In this document: one piece after another, positions 37,393-47,576 of the stretch | Position numbering within the stretch: the stretch's first letter is position 1 | Layout: every line of letters begins with the position of its first letter | Virus record (IMG/VR): IMGVR_UViG_3300021961_007606 | Location: 7,708-71,707 of that record | Length of the DNA stretch: 64,000 bases | Direction: 5' to 3' (one strand) | From: a virus | Notes under the pieces: generated by a model | Database searches by the model: none | The model's input: only the letters and a program-made list of their open reading frames with translations | What the model was told of the DNA's origin: nothing | Made by a program: the position numbers and the translations under genes

Positions 37393-37860
37393 TTATACTG
37401 GTTTGTATATTGCGCTGTTGCGTTTATTTTCAAAAAATTCTACTTGTACTACAGACACTCGTCCGTTTGTTTCTTCTTGTATGAATGTATTTACTTTATC
37501 AAATACAAACTTAGCAAACTTTTCTGCACCAACCGGACCTTCAAGTATACGAAGTTGTAGTACACCTTTTCTATCCAACTCCTTGAACGATTCCAACTCA
37601 GGATCATCAGGTGCTATTACGGTTGTATGATCAAACATATAATCAAACCAAGTTTTTGGATTCATACCATCTATAGTTCCTTTAGCTCGCTTCATGCCTC
37701 CAAAGTCCCATACCCAATTACGATGATCCAACTCACCTTCAAAGGTTAAACGAATCTCCACGTCATATCCGTGAAGATATTTACAATGCGTGCCTTCTGC
37801 AGCCCACTGACGGAATACTGTACTGAAACCGTCAAATAATTTTGTTGATTGATACTTCAT
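37393..37860 (-). CDS. queD: 6-carboxy-5,6,7,8-tetrahydropterin synthase
   Basis: HCKYLHGY, WVWDFG, FDHT, AEKFA, E...NSA. Confidence 0.9.
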   Translation of the reverse strand: MKYQSTKLFDGFSTVFRQWAAEGTHCKYLHGYDVEIRLTFEGELDHRNWVWDFGGMKRAKGTIDGMNPKTWFDYMFDHTTVIAPDDPELESFKELDRKGVLQLRILEGPVGAEKFAKFVFDKVNTFIQEETNGRVSVVQVEFFENKRNSAIYKPV

Positions 37861-37864
37861 ATAC

Positions 37865-38020
37865 TTATACTAATTCTTCAACTATACCAATTACTTCAGA
37901 CATTACCAACAAACTTACAGCAACGTGTAGATTTACTAATAAAGTTAAGTAACCAAGGATTCGGATAGCAGATTTAAGAAAGCTTATCTGCTGATGTCTT
38001 TTTGCGTTTGGGTGTTCCAT
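37865..38020 (-). CDS. small membrane protein (51 aa), not in ORF track
   Basis: Hand-translated MEHPNAKRHQQISFLKSAIRILGYLTLLVNLHVAVSLLVMSEVIGIVEELV. Confidence 0.6.
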   Translation of the reverse strand: MEHPNAKRHQQISFLKSAIRILGYLTLLVNLHVAVSLLVMSEVIGIVEELV

Positions 38021-38231
38021 ATTTTAATTCTTTATTTTTAAAGATAAACAAATCTATTGGATAAAACAACAGTGCTCCAATAAAATTGCTGAGTACTAGT
38101 GCTGGGAGAGTTGTTAGATGTAAAATGTTGTAACATAACTCTAAACATGGCCATAGTATAATAAAACTAATCTGCCATTTGAAGTGGTATATTCCTATCC
38201 TCTTCCAATTCCAATTTTTGTAACCTTTCAT
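37974..38231 (-). CDS. two-TM membrane protein (GtrA-like size)
   Basis: KWQISFIILWP...LSNFIGALLFYPIDLFIF; start moved to ATG 38231, downstream of the promoter. Confidence 0.6.
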   Translation of the reverse strand: MKGYKNWNWKRIGIYHFKWQISFIILWPCLELCYNILHLTTLPALVLSNFIGALLFYPIDLFIFKNKELKYGTPKRKKTSADKLS

Positions 38232-38255
38232 GATTTTATAATATACGTTAATGTA

Positions 38256-38292
38256 ACTATACAAAAAAAGGCTTACGTTTGCAAGCCTTTTT
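38256..38292 (-). promoter_or_regulatory. promoter TTGCAA-N17-TATAGT for the que/dpd operon, overlapping a terminator hairpin
   Basis: AAAAAGGCTT-ACGTTTGC-AAGCCTTTTT stem contains the -35 element. Confidence 0.6.
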
Positions 38293-38301
38293 GTAATTTG
38301 T

Positions 38302-40092
38302 TTAAAGCTTTTTAAGCTCTTGAACTTCAATCCGAATTTCGGATCCACTAAATCGAAACACTAACCTTGTAGCATACTTCTTATCACCCATGGTTGTTGT
38401 GTAGGCTAGTAAAAAACCAGATTGTCCTACTGAATCGACTAGTCGTATTTTTGAAGTCTTCGTATCAATATCTATCTTTACTTTTGAGTCAAAGAAATCA
38501 GCGTGTGCATTATTAAGGCTTCGAGCATTACCAATAGCTTTCCAAAAGCTTGGAGAAATGCCAGCTTGTGCAATTGCAAATGCAGTTAATGCAACAAATG
38601 GATTTGATACTTCTTGAATCTTTTTATATGCTGGAGATATCTTAGCATTTTTATCTACCCAGCGATCCATAATAATTGAAGCTAGTTCGTATGCTGCTTG
38701 TTTCTTAGATAGGACAGATACTGGCTCTTCGTTTTCTTTTTGAATAGCTTTTGCAAATTGAGCACTACTTTCAGCCGACACTTCAATTTTATATTTTTTG
38801 AGATCTTTTAAAAACTCTTCCCTACTTTTTATGAAAGAACTCTCTACTTGCTTTACAGAATCTTCTCCTCCAACTTGCTTTTTGATTTTTGCAACAGCTT
38901 TTTGTAAGTCGTTAAAAATAGCTTTGTTTGCTTTATAAAAGCCCTTCTCATCTTTAACAAACTTAATATCACTAGTCTTGCGTGTAGGTAATCCTGCAGC
39001 TTGGAGTATAGTGTTGATAGAGCCGTGTATTTTATCATCCTTAGAAATGGCGTTAATAAAGCTCTGTGGTCTTTTTGCCTTTCCTATAAGATAATCTTCA
39101 AATCGTGAAATCTTTGCAGAAAGTTTTGCTAGGTTTTTGTTTTCTGAAGTTCCATATTTTTCATTGGGGTCAATGTTGGCCTGGAATGTATTAGAAAATA
39201 CTGTCTGTGCAAAAGTTGTTGCCTTTCCAGCTTGTGCTTTTTCTTCTTTTAAAGAAATCGCAACAATACCATTATTTTCTAAAAACTGAGCATTTAGACT
39301 ATCTTTACCGATGTTTAACGTTTCTGCTGCTAAAGCTTTTTTATCAGCTCCAGAGCTTACAACAAGATACACATCTCCAGGACACCAATTATCTGGAAGA
39401 AGGTTTATTTTAAATTCACTTTTTATTAAACTGGAAGCCAACGCTCGTATGCCTTCAAAAGTTTGATCTCGGATTATTCTTCCTTGAGATGATATTTCTG
39501 TGTGAATGACCTGAGCTGCTGAAGCGGCGTTTGTTAAGGTATCAAGCTCTTGCTTTGACGATAATACATATAATATGTAAGCATCCAAATTAAGAGGCAT
39601 AGACTTTCCAACTCCATAAAATTTTAAATTACTCTTATATACAGCTTTTAGTTTAGCTCCAAATCCTACCAATAGTTTTTTATCTATAGGTGCTTTTTTA
39701 TCGGAGGCTTGAGCATGTAGTGTTTGAAAACTCTTTGCGAGTGTGGAGTTCTTGAAAAGATCATAGAATAGGCACACTAAGCCTTCTTTTAAAGAAGTAT
39801 CGTTTGTTCCTGTATTTGGTCTTGCAATTTCTGCTATCGCTAAAGACTCTACTAAACCCAATCCTCTCTTTTGCAAAATCTCATTAAGAATGCTGATTTC
39901 GCTAGCTTCACTAAAAACTCCATCCACCATAGTGGGATAACCTTTTGGTAGTCTATAAGACCACTCTTCTACAATCTCAGTAAAGTCAGCTAATACTTCT
40001 GCTGAAGCTTCCTGCACTTGTTGAGGAACACTCTCTTGAGGTCCTTCTAAAATTGCGTTTAAATCTATTTCCTTAGAAATATCGTTCTTCAT
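38302..40092 (-). CDS. large hypothetical protein with restriction-endonuclease-like motif
   Basis: N-terminal EWSYRLPKGYP; KE...WCPGDVYL...IVAISLK resembles a PD-(D/E)xK variant. Confidence 0.5.
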   Translation of the reverse strand: MKNDISKEIDLNAILEGPQESVPQQVQEASAEVLADFTEIVEEWSYRLPKGYPTMVDGVFSEASEISILNEILQKRGLGLVESLAIAEIARPNTGTNDTSLKEGLVCLFYDLFKNSTLAKSFQTLHAQASDKKAPIDKKLLVGFGAKLKAVYKSNLKFYGVGKSMPLNLDAYILYVLSSKQELDTLTNAASAAQVIHTEISSQGRIIRDQTFEGIRALASSLIKSEFKINLLPDNWCPGDVYLVVSSGADKKALAAETLNIGKDSLNAQFLENNGIVAISLKEEKAQAGKATTFAQTVFSNTFQANIDPNEKYGTSENKNLAKLSAKISRFEDYLIGKAKRPQSFINAISKDDKIHGSINTILQAAGLPTRKTSDIKFVKDEKGFYKANKAIFNDLQKAVAKIKKQVGGEDSVKQVESSFIKSREEFLKDLKKYKIEVSAESSAQFAKAIQKENEEPVSVLSKKQAAYELASIIMDRWVDKNAKISPAYKKIQEVSNPFVALTAFAIAQAGISPSFWKAIGNARSLNNAHADFFDSKVKIDIDTKTSKIRLVDSVGQSGFLLAYTTTMGDKKYATRLVFRFSGSEIRIEVQELKKL

Positions 40093-40618
40093 AATGTAGG
40101 AGATCCAATTTACTGTTTACGTCTACTAATTGAGCTGCATTAAGCTTATCGGACATTTCTGCGATAGATTCAGTTTGTATATCTACAAATCCTTGCAAAA
40201 AATTAAAGGTCATTAAATGTTTACTGAAGTTCTGTGATGCCCAGTTCATGTATTTTGTACCAAGTTGGTATTCAATAGCATAAGCTTTATTTACAACATC
40301 AATTAAGCTTTTAAACTCTCCTGAGAATTTTACAGAAGGAAGTTGTGGTGTACAATTCCAATCTACTAAATACTTTTGTAATTTTTCTGCATGCTCTAGT
40401 TCAGCGTTTGCTTCTGCTGCAAAAAATGCAGCTGCTTTAAGATAAGCAACTCCTTGACACCAGTTAGCTGCTCCACGATAAAAATAATGAGCTGTATACT
40501 CTTCTGCCAAAGCGCTATTAAGGTCTGCAATAATATCTTCTGTTAAAGTCTTTGGTAACAATACGCTTGATTGTTCTGCTACAACATTAGTGACTGTTGA
40601 ATTAGGTAATTGTATCAT
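40073..40618 (-). CDS. ferritin
   Basis: EYTAHYFY, E..HAEKL..YL, E, FLQ.F...Q.E ferroxidase residues. Confidence 0.85.
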   Translation of the reverse strand: MIQLPNSTVTNVVAEQSSVLLPKTLTEDIIADLNSALAEEYTAHYFYRGAANWCQGVAYLKAAAFFAAEANAELEHAEKLQKYLVDWNCTPQLPSVKFSGEFKSLIDVVNKAYAIEYQLGTKYMNWASQNFSKHLMTFNFLQGFVDIQTESIAEMSDKLNAAQLVDVNSKLDLLHYEERYF

Positions 40619-40645
40619 GTAATGATAGTTTTTATATAAATAGTC

Positions 40646-41071
40646 TTAGTTTCCGGAACTCCCAAATCCACCATCACCACGTTCGGTAGTTGATAGGTTT
40701 TCCATTTCAACTAATAAAACTTCAGGGTGTGGCATTATAATCATTTGACCAATCCTATCACCCACTTCATACTTTTTGGATGGAATACCAGCTAGTTTAT
40801 TAAAAGTAAATTGAACTTCTCCTCTATATCCAGAATCAATAACTCCAACACAATTGGATAAACTTAATTGATAGTTGCGTACTGAACTTCTTGGAAAGAT
40901 TAGTCCAACATAACCTAAAGGTATTTCAAAAGCTAAACCTGTCTTATAGGTAACTTGAAACCCCTCATCATTAATAATTTCTACAGCAGTTAAGTCTAAT
41001 CCAGCATCTCCTGGTTTAGCATACTTTGGTATAACTGCGTTTGGATGTAACTTTTTAACTCCTACTCTCAT
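40646..41071 (-). CDS. dut: dUTPase
   Basis: AGLDL, PRSS, GVIDSGYRGE, RIGQ, RGDGGFGSSG. Confidence 0.95.
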   Translation of the reverse strand: MRVGVKKLHPNAVIPKYAKPGDAGLDLTAVEIINDEGFQVTYKTGLAFEIPLGYVGLIFPRSSVRNYQLSLSNCVGVIDSGYRGEVQFTFNKLAGIPSKKYEVGDRIGQMIIMPHPEVLLVEMENLSTTERGDGGFGSSGN

Positions 41072-41246
41072 AACTTTTATTTAATTTAATTGTTCCTTTT
41101 TCATGCTTTGGCTCGTATGGACAGTGGCGGCATTTACTGCCGCAACACTCTCCACGTTTTGCCAAAAACTCTTCTGTAAATACAACTTGACTATGTTCTA
41201 AATAATATAGCTGTGATATCCAATCACTACCAACACTAAGCATCAT
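41055..41246 (-). CDS. DUF5522-like small Cys-rich protein
   Basis: RGECCGSKCRHCPY. Confidence 0.7.
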   Translation of the reverse strand: MMLSVGSDWISQLYYLEHSQVVFTEEFLAKRGECCGSKCRHCPYEPKHEKGTIKLNKSYESRS

Positions 41247-41250
41247 AATA

Positions 41251-43110
41251 CTACTTTACTTCACATGCACCACCTGCACAAGCAGCTTGTTCTTTTAAAG
41301 CTGTATTGTCTTCCAACTCAATAACTTTAGATAAGTCAACAGTGTGTAGGTATTTCATCATTTCTTCATATTTTTCTTTTGTACAATCTTCAAAAGGAGC
41401 TTGTGTATAAGATCCTCCATCGTATGGTAATACTGAAAGTCCATTATAGTGTTCACGGTTTTCCCACATCCATTCACCAGCAATTTCCCATTCTTCTGCT
41501 TTAAGTGATACTGTAGCAGATACATTGTGAGTATTGTTACCGGTTCTATGTCCAGGTTTAACCCATTCCAAGTGTACTTTTTTAATACGATCCAATAACT
41601 GAAATGGTGATTCTGTACGCAAGATAGCTCCTTCTGGGGCTTTTTGAGGTATGGAAATAACTGCAGTATCGTGAGGACGGAAATACTCATCCTCTACAAG
41701 TTCAGGGTGATTAATAGCTAAGTATGAATATATTGCTTCATTCTTACCAACACGAATACGACGAATATAATAGTCATTGTGCCAAGCATGAATACCACTT
41801 GAAGTACCTAAAGTAAGAGAAGTAGTACCAGCAGGCTTAACTGTAGTTGTACGAGCAGATTTGTTAATACCAATTAGATTAGCTACACGTTCGTTTTCTT
41901 TTTTAACTACATTTGCAGCTTCTTTCATGTTATAGCCTAACACTACACCAGATCCAATACCAGTCATGGAAACTCCAATAAGAGCTTCTTTTTCAGTTGT
42001 ACGCTTCCATACATCACGAAGATAATGAAAGTCTGTATAACCAGCTTGCAATGTACCAATGAACGCAGCTGCTTTTACACGAGCATTCAAGTCTTCTTGT
42101 GATTCAATATCACTTACATTTACTTCACAAAGATTACAAAATTGGAATGGACGTAGTGCAATTTCACAACATGGATTAGTACCCCAGTCTTTATCGTTTG
42201 TTAAATAGATACCAGGCTCTCCAGCACCACTTAACTCAACACGCTTCCAAAGATCCATGAAGAATTCTTTAGTTACTTTGTGACGAAGTAATACTGCTGA
42301 GTTGTTTGCACGACCACGCTGTGGATTGTTTTCCCACCAAGCACCTGACTTACAAGCAATCATTTCTTCATCATCTGCACTAAACAAAGATATTAAAGCT
42401 GCACGACGTATACCACCAGCTAATACTGCATCAGCAACGTGACATACCATATCGTGTACTTCGATTGATGAAAGTTTATCACCATCTTCTTTTGAATCTA
42501 AAATACCTTGAACTTTTACTAAACACTCTTTAAGAGGTTGAGGTCCTGGAGCTTTACCACCTGAAGTGATTAAACGAGCACCTTTTGGACGTATATCTGA
42601 AAAATCAAACTCAATCTGAGAGCCACCAGTAAAGTAACTCTTAACAAGAGCTTTAACTGCATCTGCCCAACCCTCAATACTATCTGCAATTAAGAAACGC
42701 TTGTGACGTTTAGGGTTTGGCTTTCTAATCTCAGGCAAGCTTTCTACATGATGCTTTTGTACTGAGTAACCTACTCCTGTACCACCTAATAGTAAAAACA
42801 TTGTTTCACCAAAAGCACGTACATCATCAATAGGCAAATAAGCACAATTGTAAATACGATTAGGACTAATTTCAATAGGCTTTCCAGCAAACTGCATGGA
42901 CCTCATCGAAGGTAAAACCTTTTTGTCATACACCATCTTGTATACTTCTTCAATCTCTTCAACAAGATTAGGAAACTTTTTAAGATGCATGTTTTTGTTT
43001 CGTGTTACTAATTCTTCCCAAGTTTCGCGACGTTGAAGCTCTGGAATGTACTTTGCGTACTTCATAAAGACGGTGATCTCACTCAAGATCTCATTCGATA
43101 TTGTCATCAT
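41251..43110 (-). CDS. nrdJ: class II (B12-dependent) ribonucleotide reductase
   Basis: NCAY, GTGVG, RRAALI, TNPCCEI, CNL, VKPAGT, C-terminal CAGGAC; no small subunit adjacent. Confidence 0.9.
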   Translation of the reverse strand: MMTISNEILSEITVFMKYAKYIPELQRRETWEELVTRNKNMHLKKFPNLVEEIEEVYKMVYDKKVLPSMRSMQFAGKPIEISPNRIYNCAYLPIDDVRAFGETMFLLLGGTGVGYSVQKHHVESLPEIRKPNPKRHKRFLIADSIEGWADAVKALVKSYFTGGSQIEFDFSDIRPKGARLITSGGKAPGPQPLKECLVKVQGILDSKEDGDKLSSIEVHDMVCHVADAVLAGGIRRAALISLFSADDEEMIACKSGAWWENNPQRGRANNSAVLLRHKVTKEFFMDLWKRVELSGAGEPGIYLTNDKDWGTNPCCEIALRPFQFCNLCEVNVSDIESQEDLNARVKAAAFIGTLQAGYTDFHYLRDVWKRTTEKEALIGVSMTGIGSGVVLGYNMKEAANVVKKENERVANLIGINKSARTTTVKPAGTTSLTLGTSSGIHAWHNDYYIRRIRVGKNEAIYSYLAINHPELVEDEYFRPHDTAVISIPQKAPEGAILRTESPFQLLDRIKKVHLEWVKPGHRTGNNTHNVSATVSLKAEEWEIAGEWMWENREHYNGLSVLPYDGGSYTQAPFEDCTKEKYEEMMKYLHTVDLSKVIELEDNTALKEQAACAGGACEVK

Positions 43111-43177
43111 AGATTATTGTTTTTAAAGTTTGTTGTTGTAGATATAAATAGTTTTGGATACAACCTGACTTGCAATT

Positions 43178-44545
43178 TTACTTAATTAAATTGTTTAATT
43201 CTGCAAATTTATTTGATAAAGCTTTGCGTATCACTTCACTCTCATTCTGCATCAAACTCTTAGCTTCTTTACCCATCACAGTTGTTTCTGCAAAGATGTC
43301 TATCTTCGCTGTTGCCATGTTCATCTTACTTGGAAATGTTAATCCATCAGGTCCAAACCTATTTTTAATCACATGCCATCTACCAGTACCAGAGATTTTA
43401 TCTGCTGTCTTTCTTGACAATGACACTACAAAGTCAGCAACCATTACCTTGGCATATGACTCTGCAATTTTATCAGCTTCAATGATATCCTCTTCCAAAG
43501 CTGATCTATTAGCTTGAGATGCTGTATACAATGGTACTTGGTATGTACCAGCTAAACCTCTCAACTCTTCATATATGTTACCCAACATGATATCATTACG
43601 AACAGCTCCTTTAACTCCAGTGTCTCTTAACAAATCTGCATAGTCAAGAAGTATAACATCAGGTTTTACTCCTTGCATTATACATTTATCAATATGTGCA
43701 GCTATTGTATTTACACTTGCTGTTTTAGTTGGATAGTATTTAATAATCAATTTTCCTTTTACATTTTTCAAAGTCTCAACAACTTCTTCTTGATGAAACT
43801 TTAAATCTTGTGATGGTATTCCTGTATAGTGAGAATCAAATCGAGCTCCTACATAAGTCTCTGAAAGCTCTAATGTATAATAGATTACATTCAATCCTCT
43901 CTTTGCTGCATGTGCTGCTATGTTTACTAAAGCCATTGACTTACCAATACCAGCAGGTGCTACAAACACACCCATCTCACCAGTACCTAATCCACCATCC
44001 ATAATCTCATTAACAACATCCCATGGAGTTGGAATAGTATTACGTTTGTTCTCTACAAAGCGCAGTGCAATATCATCTATATACTCATGACCGATGTTTC
44101 TATCTGAACCAGCTTTCATAGCATCGTCAATGCTAAGCTTGATCTCATCATACTTACCCGACTTTAGTAACTCAACAGATTTTAGGATTGCTCCTTTAAT
44201 CTTTTGGTTTTTACAAAACTCCAAAGTCTTATCCTTAACAAACTGGAAATCCTCAGACTCTGCGAATCTTAAAACCTCTTTAATGTTTTCTATGATTGTT
44301 GTTTTTAGTACATCAACATCAACTTGATCTACATAAATCTTTAATGCCTCTAAAGTTGGAGGTGATTTATACTGATCAAAATACTTTAAAATTGTTTTTG
44401 CAATCCACTGACTTGACTCAGATGAAAAGTATTTTGGATCTATTATATCGTGTACTTGTTGAAGGAAAACTCTATCCTTAATCAGAACAGCTAATACTTT
44501 GTTCTGAAACCCTGTCCCATAAAACTGTAATGTGTCTCCTTGCAT
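43178..44545 (-). CDS. DnaB/gp41-like replicative helicase
   Basis: APAGIGKS, TLELSE, LDYADLL, TASQANR, KNRFG. Confidence 0.9.
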   Translation of the reverse strand: MQGDTLQFYGTGFQNKVLAVLIKDRVFLQQVHDIIDPKYFSSESSQWIAKTILKYFDQYKSPPTLEALKIYVDQVDVDVLKTTIIENIKEVLRFAESEDFQFVKDKTLEFCKNQKIKGAILKSVELLKSGKYDEIKLSIDDAMKAGSDRNIGHEYIDDIALRFVENKRNTIPTPWDVVNEIMDGGLGTGEMGVFVAPAGIGKSMALVNIAAHAAKRGLNVIYYTLELSETYVGARFDSHYTGIPSQDLKFHQEEVVETLKNVKGKLIIKYYPTKTASVNTIAAHIDKCIMQGVKPDVILLDYADLLRDTGVKGAVRNDIMLGNIYEELRGLAGTYQVPLYTASQANRSALEEDIIEADKIAESYAKVMVADFVVSLSRKTADKISGTGRWHVIKNRFGPDGLTFPSKMNMATAKIDIFAETTVMGKEAKSLMQNESEVIRKALSNKFAELNNLIK

Positions 44546-44551
44546 ACTCTA

Positions 44552-44580
44552 ATCTTAATAAATTTTTATCAATCTTCCAA
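44552..44580 (-). promoter_or_regulatory. host-sigma-type promoter TTGGAA-N17-TAAGAT
   Basis: Upstream of helicase; same spacing as other copies. Confidence 0.5.
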
Positions 44581-45609
44581 GGCATGGCTGTCTAATTTAT
44601 GAGTAATTTCTCTCAGCCACATCTCTACATTTTTAATAGCATTAGTCATCCGGTCTTCAATAAGCATGGAGTGAAATTTAATCTTTGCAAGTTTATTAAC
44701 TTGTTGGTCAAGCATATCAATAATTTTCATTTTAGTACTCATATTGATATTGCTCACACTGAGTTGCACTACATCATAATACAATCTAATATCCGATTCA
44801 GCTTGTACAACTTTTTGATAAATCTTGGCTTTGTTTGTTGCAGCTAATTCTTTAGCGTATTCCATGAAACTATCTAAAGTCATTGCTTCTGTTGTAATCT
44901 TAGGAAACTTTTCAATTAAAGTCTTATCACCCACACCGTTTACTCCTGGAATGTTATCACTATCATCTCCAGTCAATGCTCTGTATAAAGCAAAGTTGCT
45001 TGGAGGTATTCCATACGTTTCCAACACATCATCTGTGTAAAACATCTTCTTTTTTGTTGGACTCCAAACGTGAGTTCGGTTATCCACTAGTTGCATAAAA
45101 TCCTTATCCGAAGACATGATAAAGACTTGAGAATCTTTATGCAAAAGATAATCATTTGCAATATAAGCTACTACATCATCAGCTTCAGCACCATCTACAA
45201 CAATAGTACTAACTGGCATAATATCCAAGTACTCTGTTAATCTGACAAGTTGCTGTAACTGATTGTCTTGTTTGTCAACTGTAATAGCTCTGTTTAATCT
45301 TATCTTAACTTTTCTGTTTGCTTTGTAATCAGGGTATATTGATCTCCTGCGAGCAGATCCATCTTTGCCATCAAACACCACAACCACTCTTGTTGGATTG
45401 ATTGCTTTGATAGCGTGACCTACACTCATTAGAAAACCTGATATGCCTCCCACATGCTCTCCATCTCCATTGAGAACAGGGCTTGCTGCATAAGCTCGTA
45501 TAAAAGTGTTGAGGCCATCAACAACTAGAACCCTTGAGTTCTTTGTGACAGCCTCAACATTTTGTCGTAACTTAAGCTCGTTAATTAAAGCTTGATACTT
45601 GTTTACCAT
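44569..45609 (-). CDS. 5'-3' exonuclease / flap endonuclease (T4 RNase H-like)
   Basis: VDGLN, VFDG, YKANR, EADD, SSDKDF.QL, GDDSDNIPGV.GVG. Confidence 0.9.
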   Translation of the reverse strand: MVNKYQALINELKLRQNVEAVTKNSRVLVVDGLNTFIRAYAASPVLNGDGEHVGGISGFLMSVGHAIKAINPTRVVVVFDGKDGSARRRSIYPDYKANRKVKIRLNRAITVDKQDNQLQQLVRLTEYLDIMPVSTIVVDGAEADDVVAYIANDYLLHKDSQVFIMSSDKDFMQLVDNRTHVWSPTKKKMFYTDDVLETYGIPPSNFALYRALTGDDSDNIPGVNGVGDKTLIEKFPKITTEAMTLDSFMEYAKELAATNKAKIYQKVVQAESDIRLYYDVVQLSVSNINMSTKMKIIDMLDQQVNKLAKIKFHSMLIEDRMTNAIKNVEMWLREITHKLDSHALED

Positions 45610-46757
45610 TAATCTAGTAATTCTCCATCATCTATTGATATTTCATCTGGATTGATCTCGTCTTGTTTACGATACTTCATCACAAATATATCACAGATTT
45701 TTTTATAACAATAATCTTTAAGGTTTGAATCTTCGGTTAGCATACCTCTCCAATCCTTAGATTGAAAACGTATTTCTTCACCCGTGTCCTCATTTACTAA
45801 TGTATAGTAAGCTCCTGATTGTTTCAAGACACCGTAGTCTTTCATTAAGGATAGCCAACTATTGAAATCATCAATACCTGAGCTAAAGTAAATGTCAAAG
45901 GTAGCTTTTTTGAAAGGAGGTCCCATACGATTTTTAATTACTTGAGCTTCTGTTTGTACTCCAATAATTTGTTCAGTCTTTCCTGTACCACTCTTTAGTT
46001 TACCTACTCCCTTTAGCCTGATACGACAACTTGCATGAAATCCTAATGCCTTACCACCAGAGGTTGTATATTTGTCACCAAACATTACACCCATCTTTTC
46101 ACGAAGCTGTGATGTACAGATCAACAATACTCTTTGCTTTGCAATGATATTAGTAATCTTACGCATAGCTTTTGACATTAAGATAGCTTTTGAAGTTGCC
46201 CAACCATCCTTATCATAGTCAGCATCTTGTTCTATCTTAGTTGTAGCTGCTGATACTGAATCTAATGCTATTGTTACCAATCTATTTTTAGAACTCTTAC
46301 GAACCGTCTCAATGATATTTTCAACAGCTTCAAAAGCATCTTCAATAGTTTCTAATGGAACATAAAGCATATTTGCAACATCAACTCCTACAGCTGTTAA
46401 GAACTCTTCACTTAAAGCGTTCTCAGTATCAATATACACTGCTAAACCACCCTTCTTCTGAGTATTTGCCAATGAATGTGCTACAATCAAACTCTTACCG
46501 GAAGCTTCCATACCTTGCAACTCAACTATACGACCTACTGGAAATCCTCCATTTGGTCTATTTGATATTGCCAAATCCAACAAAGTAGATCCTGTTCCAA
46601 CCCACTCTGTTAAATCTGTTGGTGTTTCTTCTTCTCCACTTAGGAAATGAGCAGCCTTAAAATCCTTAAATTGTTTATTGAGACTATCCGCTAACAATGA
46701 TGCCAGCTCGTCCCGTCCTGATATTTCATCAGGTGTTGTTTTAGCCTGCTTTGCCAT
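45609..46757 (-). CDS. recA: RecA/UvsX recombinase
   Basis: GRIVELQGMEASGKS, YIDTENA, DSV, SQLREKMG, TSGGKALGFHAS.R, KNR. Confidence 0.9.
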   Translation of the reverse strand: MAKQAKTTPDEISGRDELASLLADSLNKQFKDFKAAHFLSGEEETPTDLTEWVGTGSTLLDLAISNRPNGGFPVGRIVELQGMEASGKSLIVAHSLANTQKKGGLAVYIDTENALSEEFLTAVGVDVANMLYVPLETIEDAFEAVENIIETVRKSSKNRLVTIALDSVSAATTKIEQDADYDKDGWATSKAILMSKAMRKITNIIAKQRVLLICTSQLREKMGVMFGDKYTTSGGKALGFHASCRIRLKGVGKLKSGTGKTEQIIGVQTEAQVIKNRMGPPFKKATFDIYFSSGIDDFNSWLSLMKDYGVLKQSGAYYTLVNEDTGEEIRFQSKDWRGMLTEDSNLKDYCYKKICDIFVMKYRKQDEINPDEISIDDGELLD

Positions 46758-46762
46758 AACTC

Positions 46763-47536
46763 TTATGAATTAAAAAGTGAATCAAATGCTGATGAAATGT
46801 CTTCAGACTTTGTAGCTGTAGTAGCTCCTGTAATAGGTTTACTTGCAGTTTGCTTAGTACCATCTTCTGATGATGGATCTAACCATTTTTGTAAAGCCTC
46901 AGTCATTTCTTCATACGAAGATTCAGTAAAGAGTTCTTTAAGATTCTTTTGATTGTTTACAATCTTGTCAGCGATTTCCTTATCGGTTGTAGCTGGAGAT
47001 GTGTTTGGTTTTACACGTACTGTGAAAGTTGGAAATGCTCCTTCTTTTTCAGCAGCAATGTGCTCAACAGTTAGGTCACGACCATTCATTAAATCTGTGA
47101 TATCTCCATAATCAGGATCAGCTATTACACTAAGAAGCTCAGTGAATATCTGTTTACCAAAAGACCAAAACTTAACACCTTCATGTTCTTGCCCACGTAC
47201 AATAACTGGAGCATAAACACGAAACTTAGGTTCGATCTTTTTACCTAATTTCCAATCATCTTTATCACCAGACTTTTTAAGTTTTTCTGCAAACTCTACA
47301 ATAGGATCTGGACGTCCAAAGGACATCGGTGATACCATTGTACGCTTACCAATTTCATAGTGAAAGTATAATTCTTGGAATGGATTGTTTTTGTCGAATG
47401 CGTAGGGTACAATACGTACTTGTGATTTTCCTACTGGTGGTTTCCAAATGAAGTCGCTTGACTTGCTACCACCGCCTGAACTGGCTTGTTGCATTTGTTG
47501 TAACTTTGCTTTGATTGCATCTAGGTTGATTGCCAT
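46763..47536 (-). CDS. single-stranded DNA-binding protein (gp32-like)
   Basis: WKP...VRIVP, DYGDITD...GRD, acidic C-terminal AFDSLF; next to recA. Confidence 0.75.
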   Translation of the reverse strand: MAINLDAIKAKLQQMQQASSGGGSKSSDFIWKPPVGKSQVRIVPYAFDKNNPFQELYFHYEIGKRTMVSPMSFGRPDPIVEFAEKLKKSGDKDDWKLGKKIEPKFRVYAPVIVRGQEHEGVKFWSFGKQIFTELLSVIADPDYGDITDLMNGRDLTVEHIAAEKEGAFPTFTVRVKPNTSPATTDKEIADKIVNNQKNLKELFTESSYEEMTEALQKWLDPSSEDGTKQTASKPITGATTATKSEDISSAFDSLFNS

Positions 47537-47576
47537 TTTTACTTGTTTTTAATTGTTAAACTTACTTGACTTTATT

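Noticed and set aside
32718-37860. Queuosine tRNA-modification or folate pathway
   Set aside because: No queC/queF/queA or folate genes and no tRNAs in the window; the TGT-like protein lacks the Zn-binding cysteines of tRNA TGT; context is DNA replication
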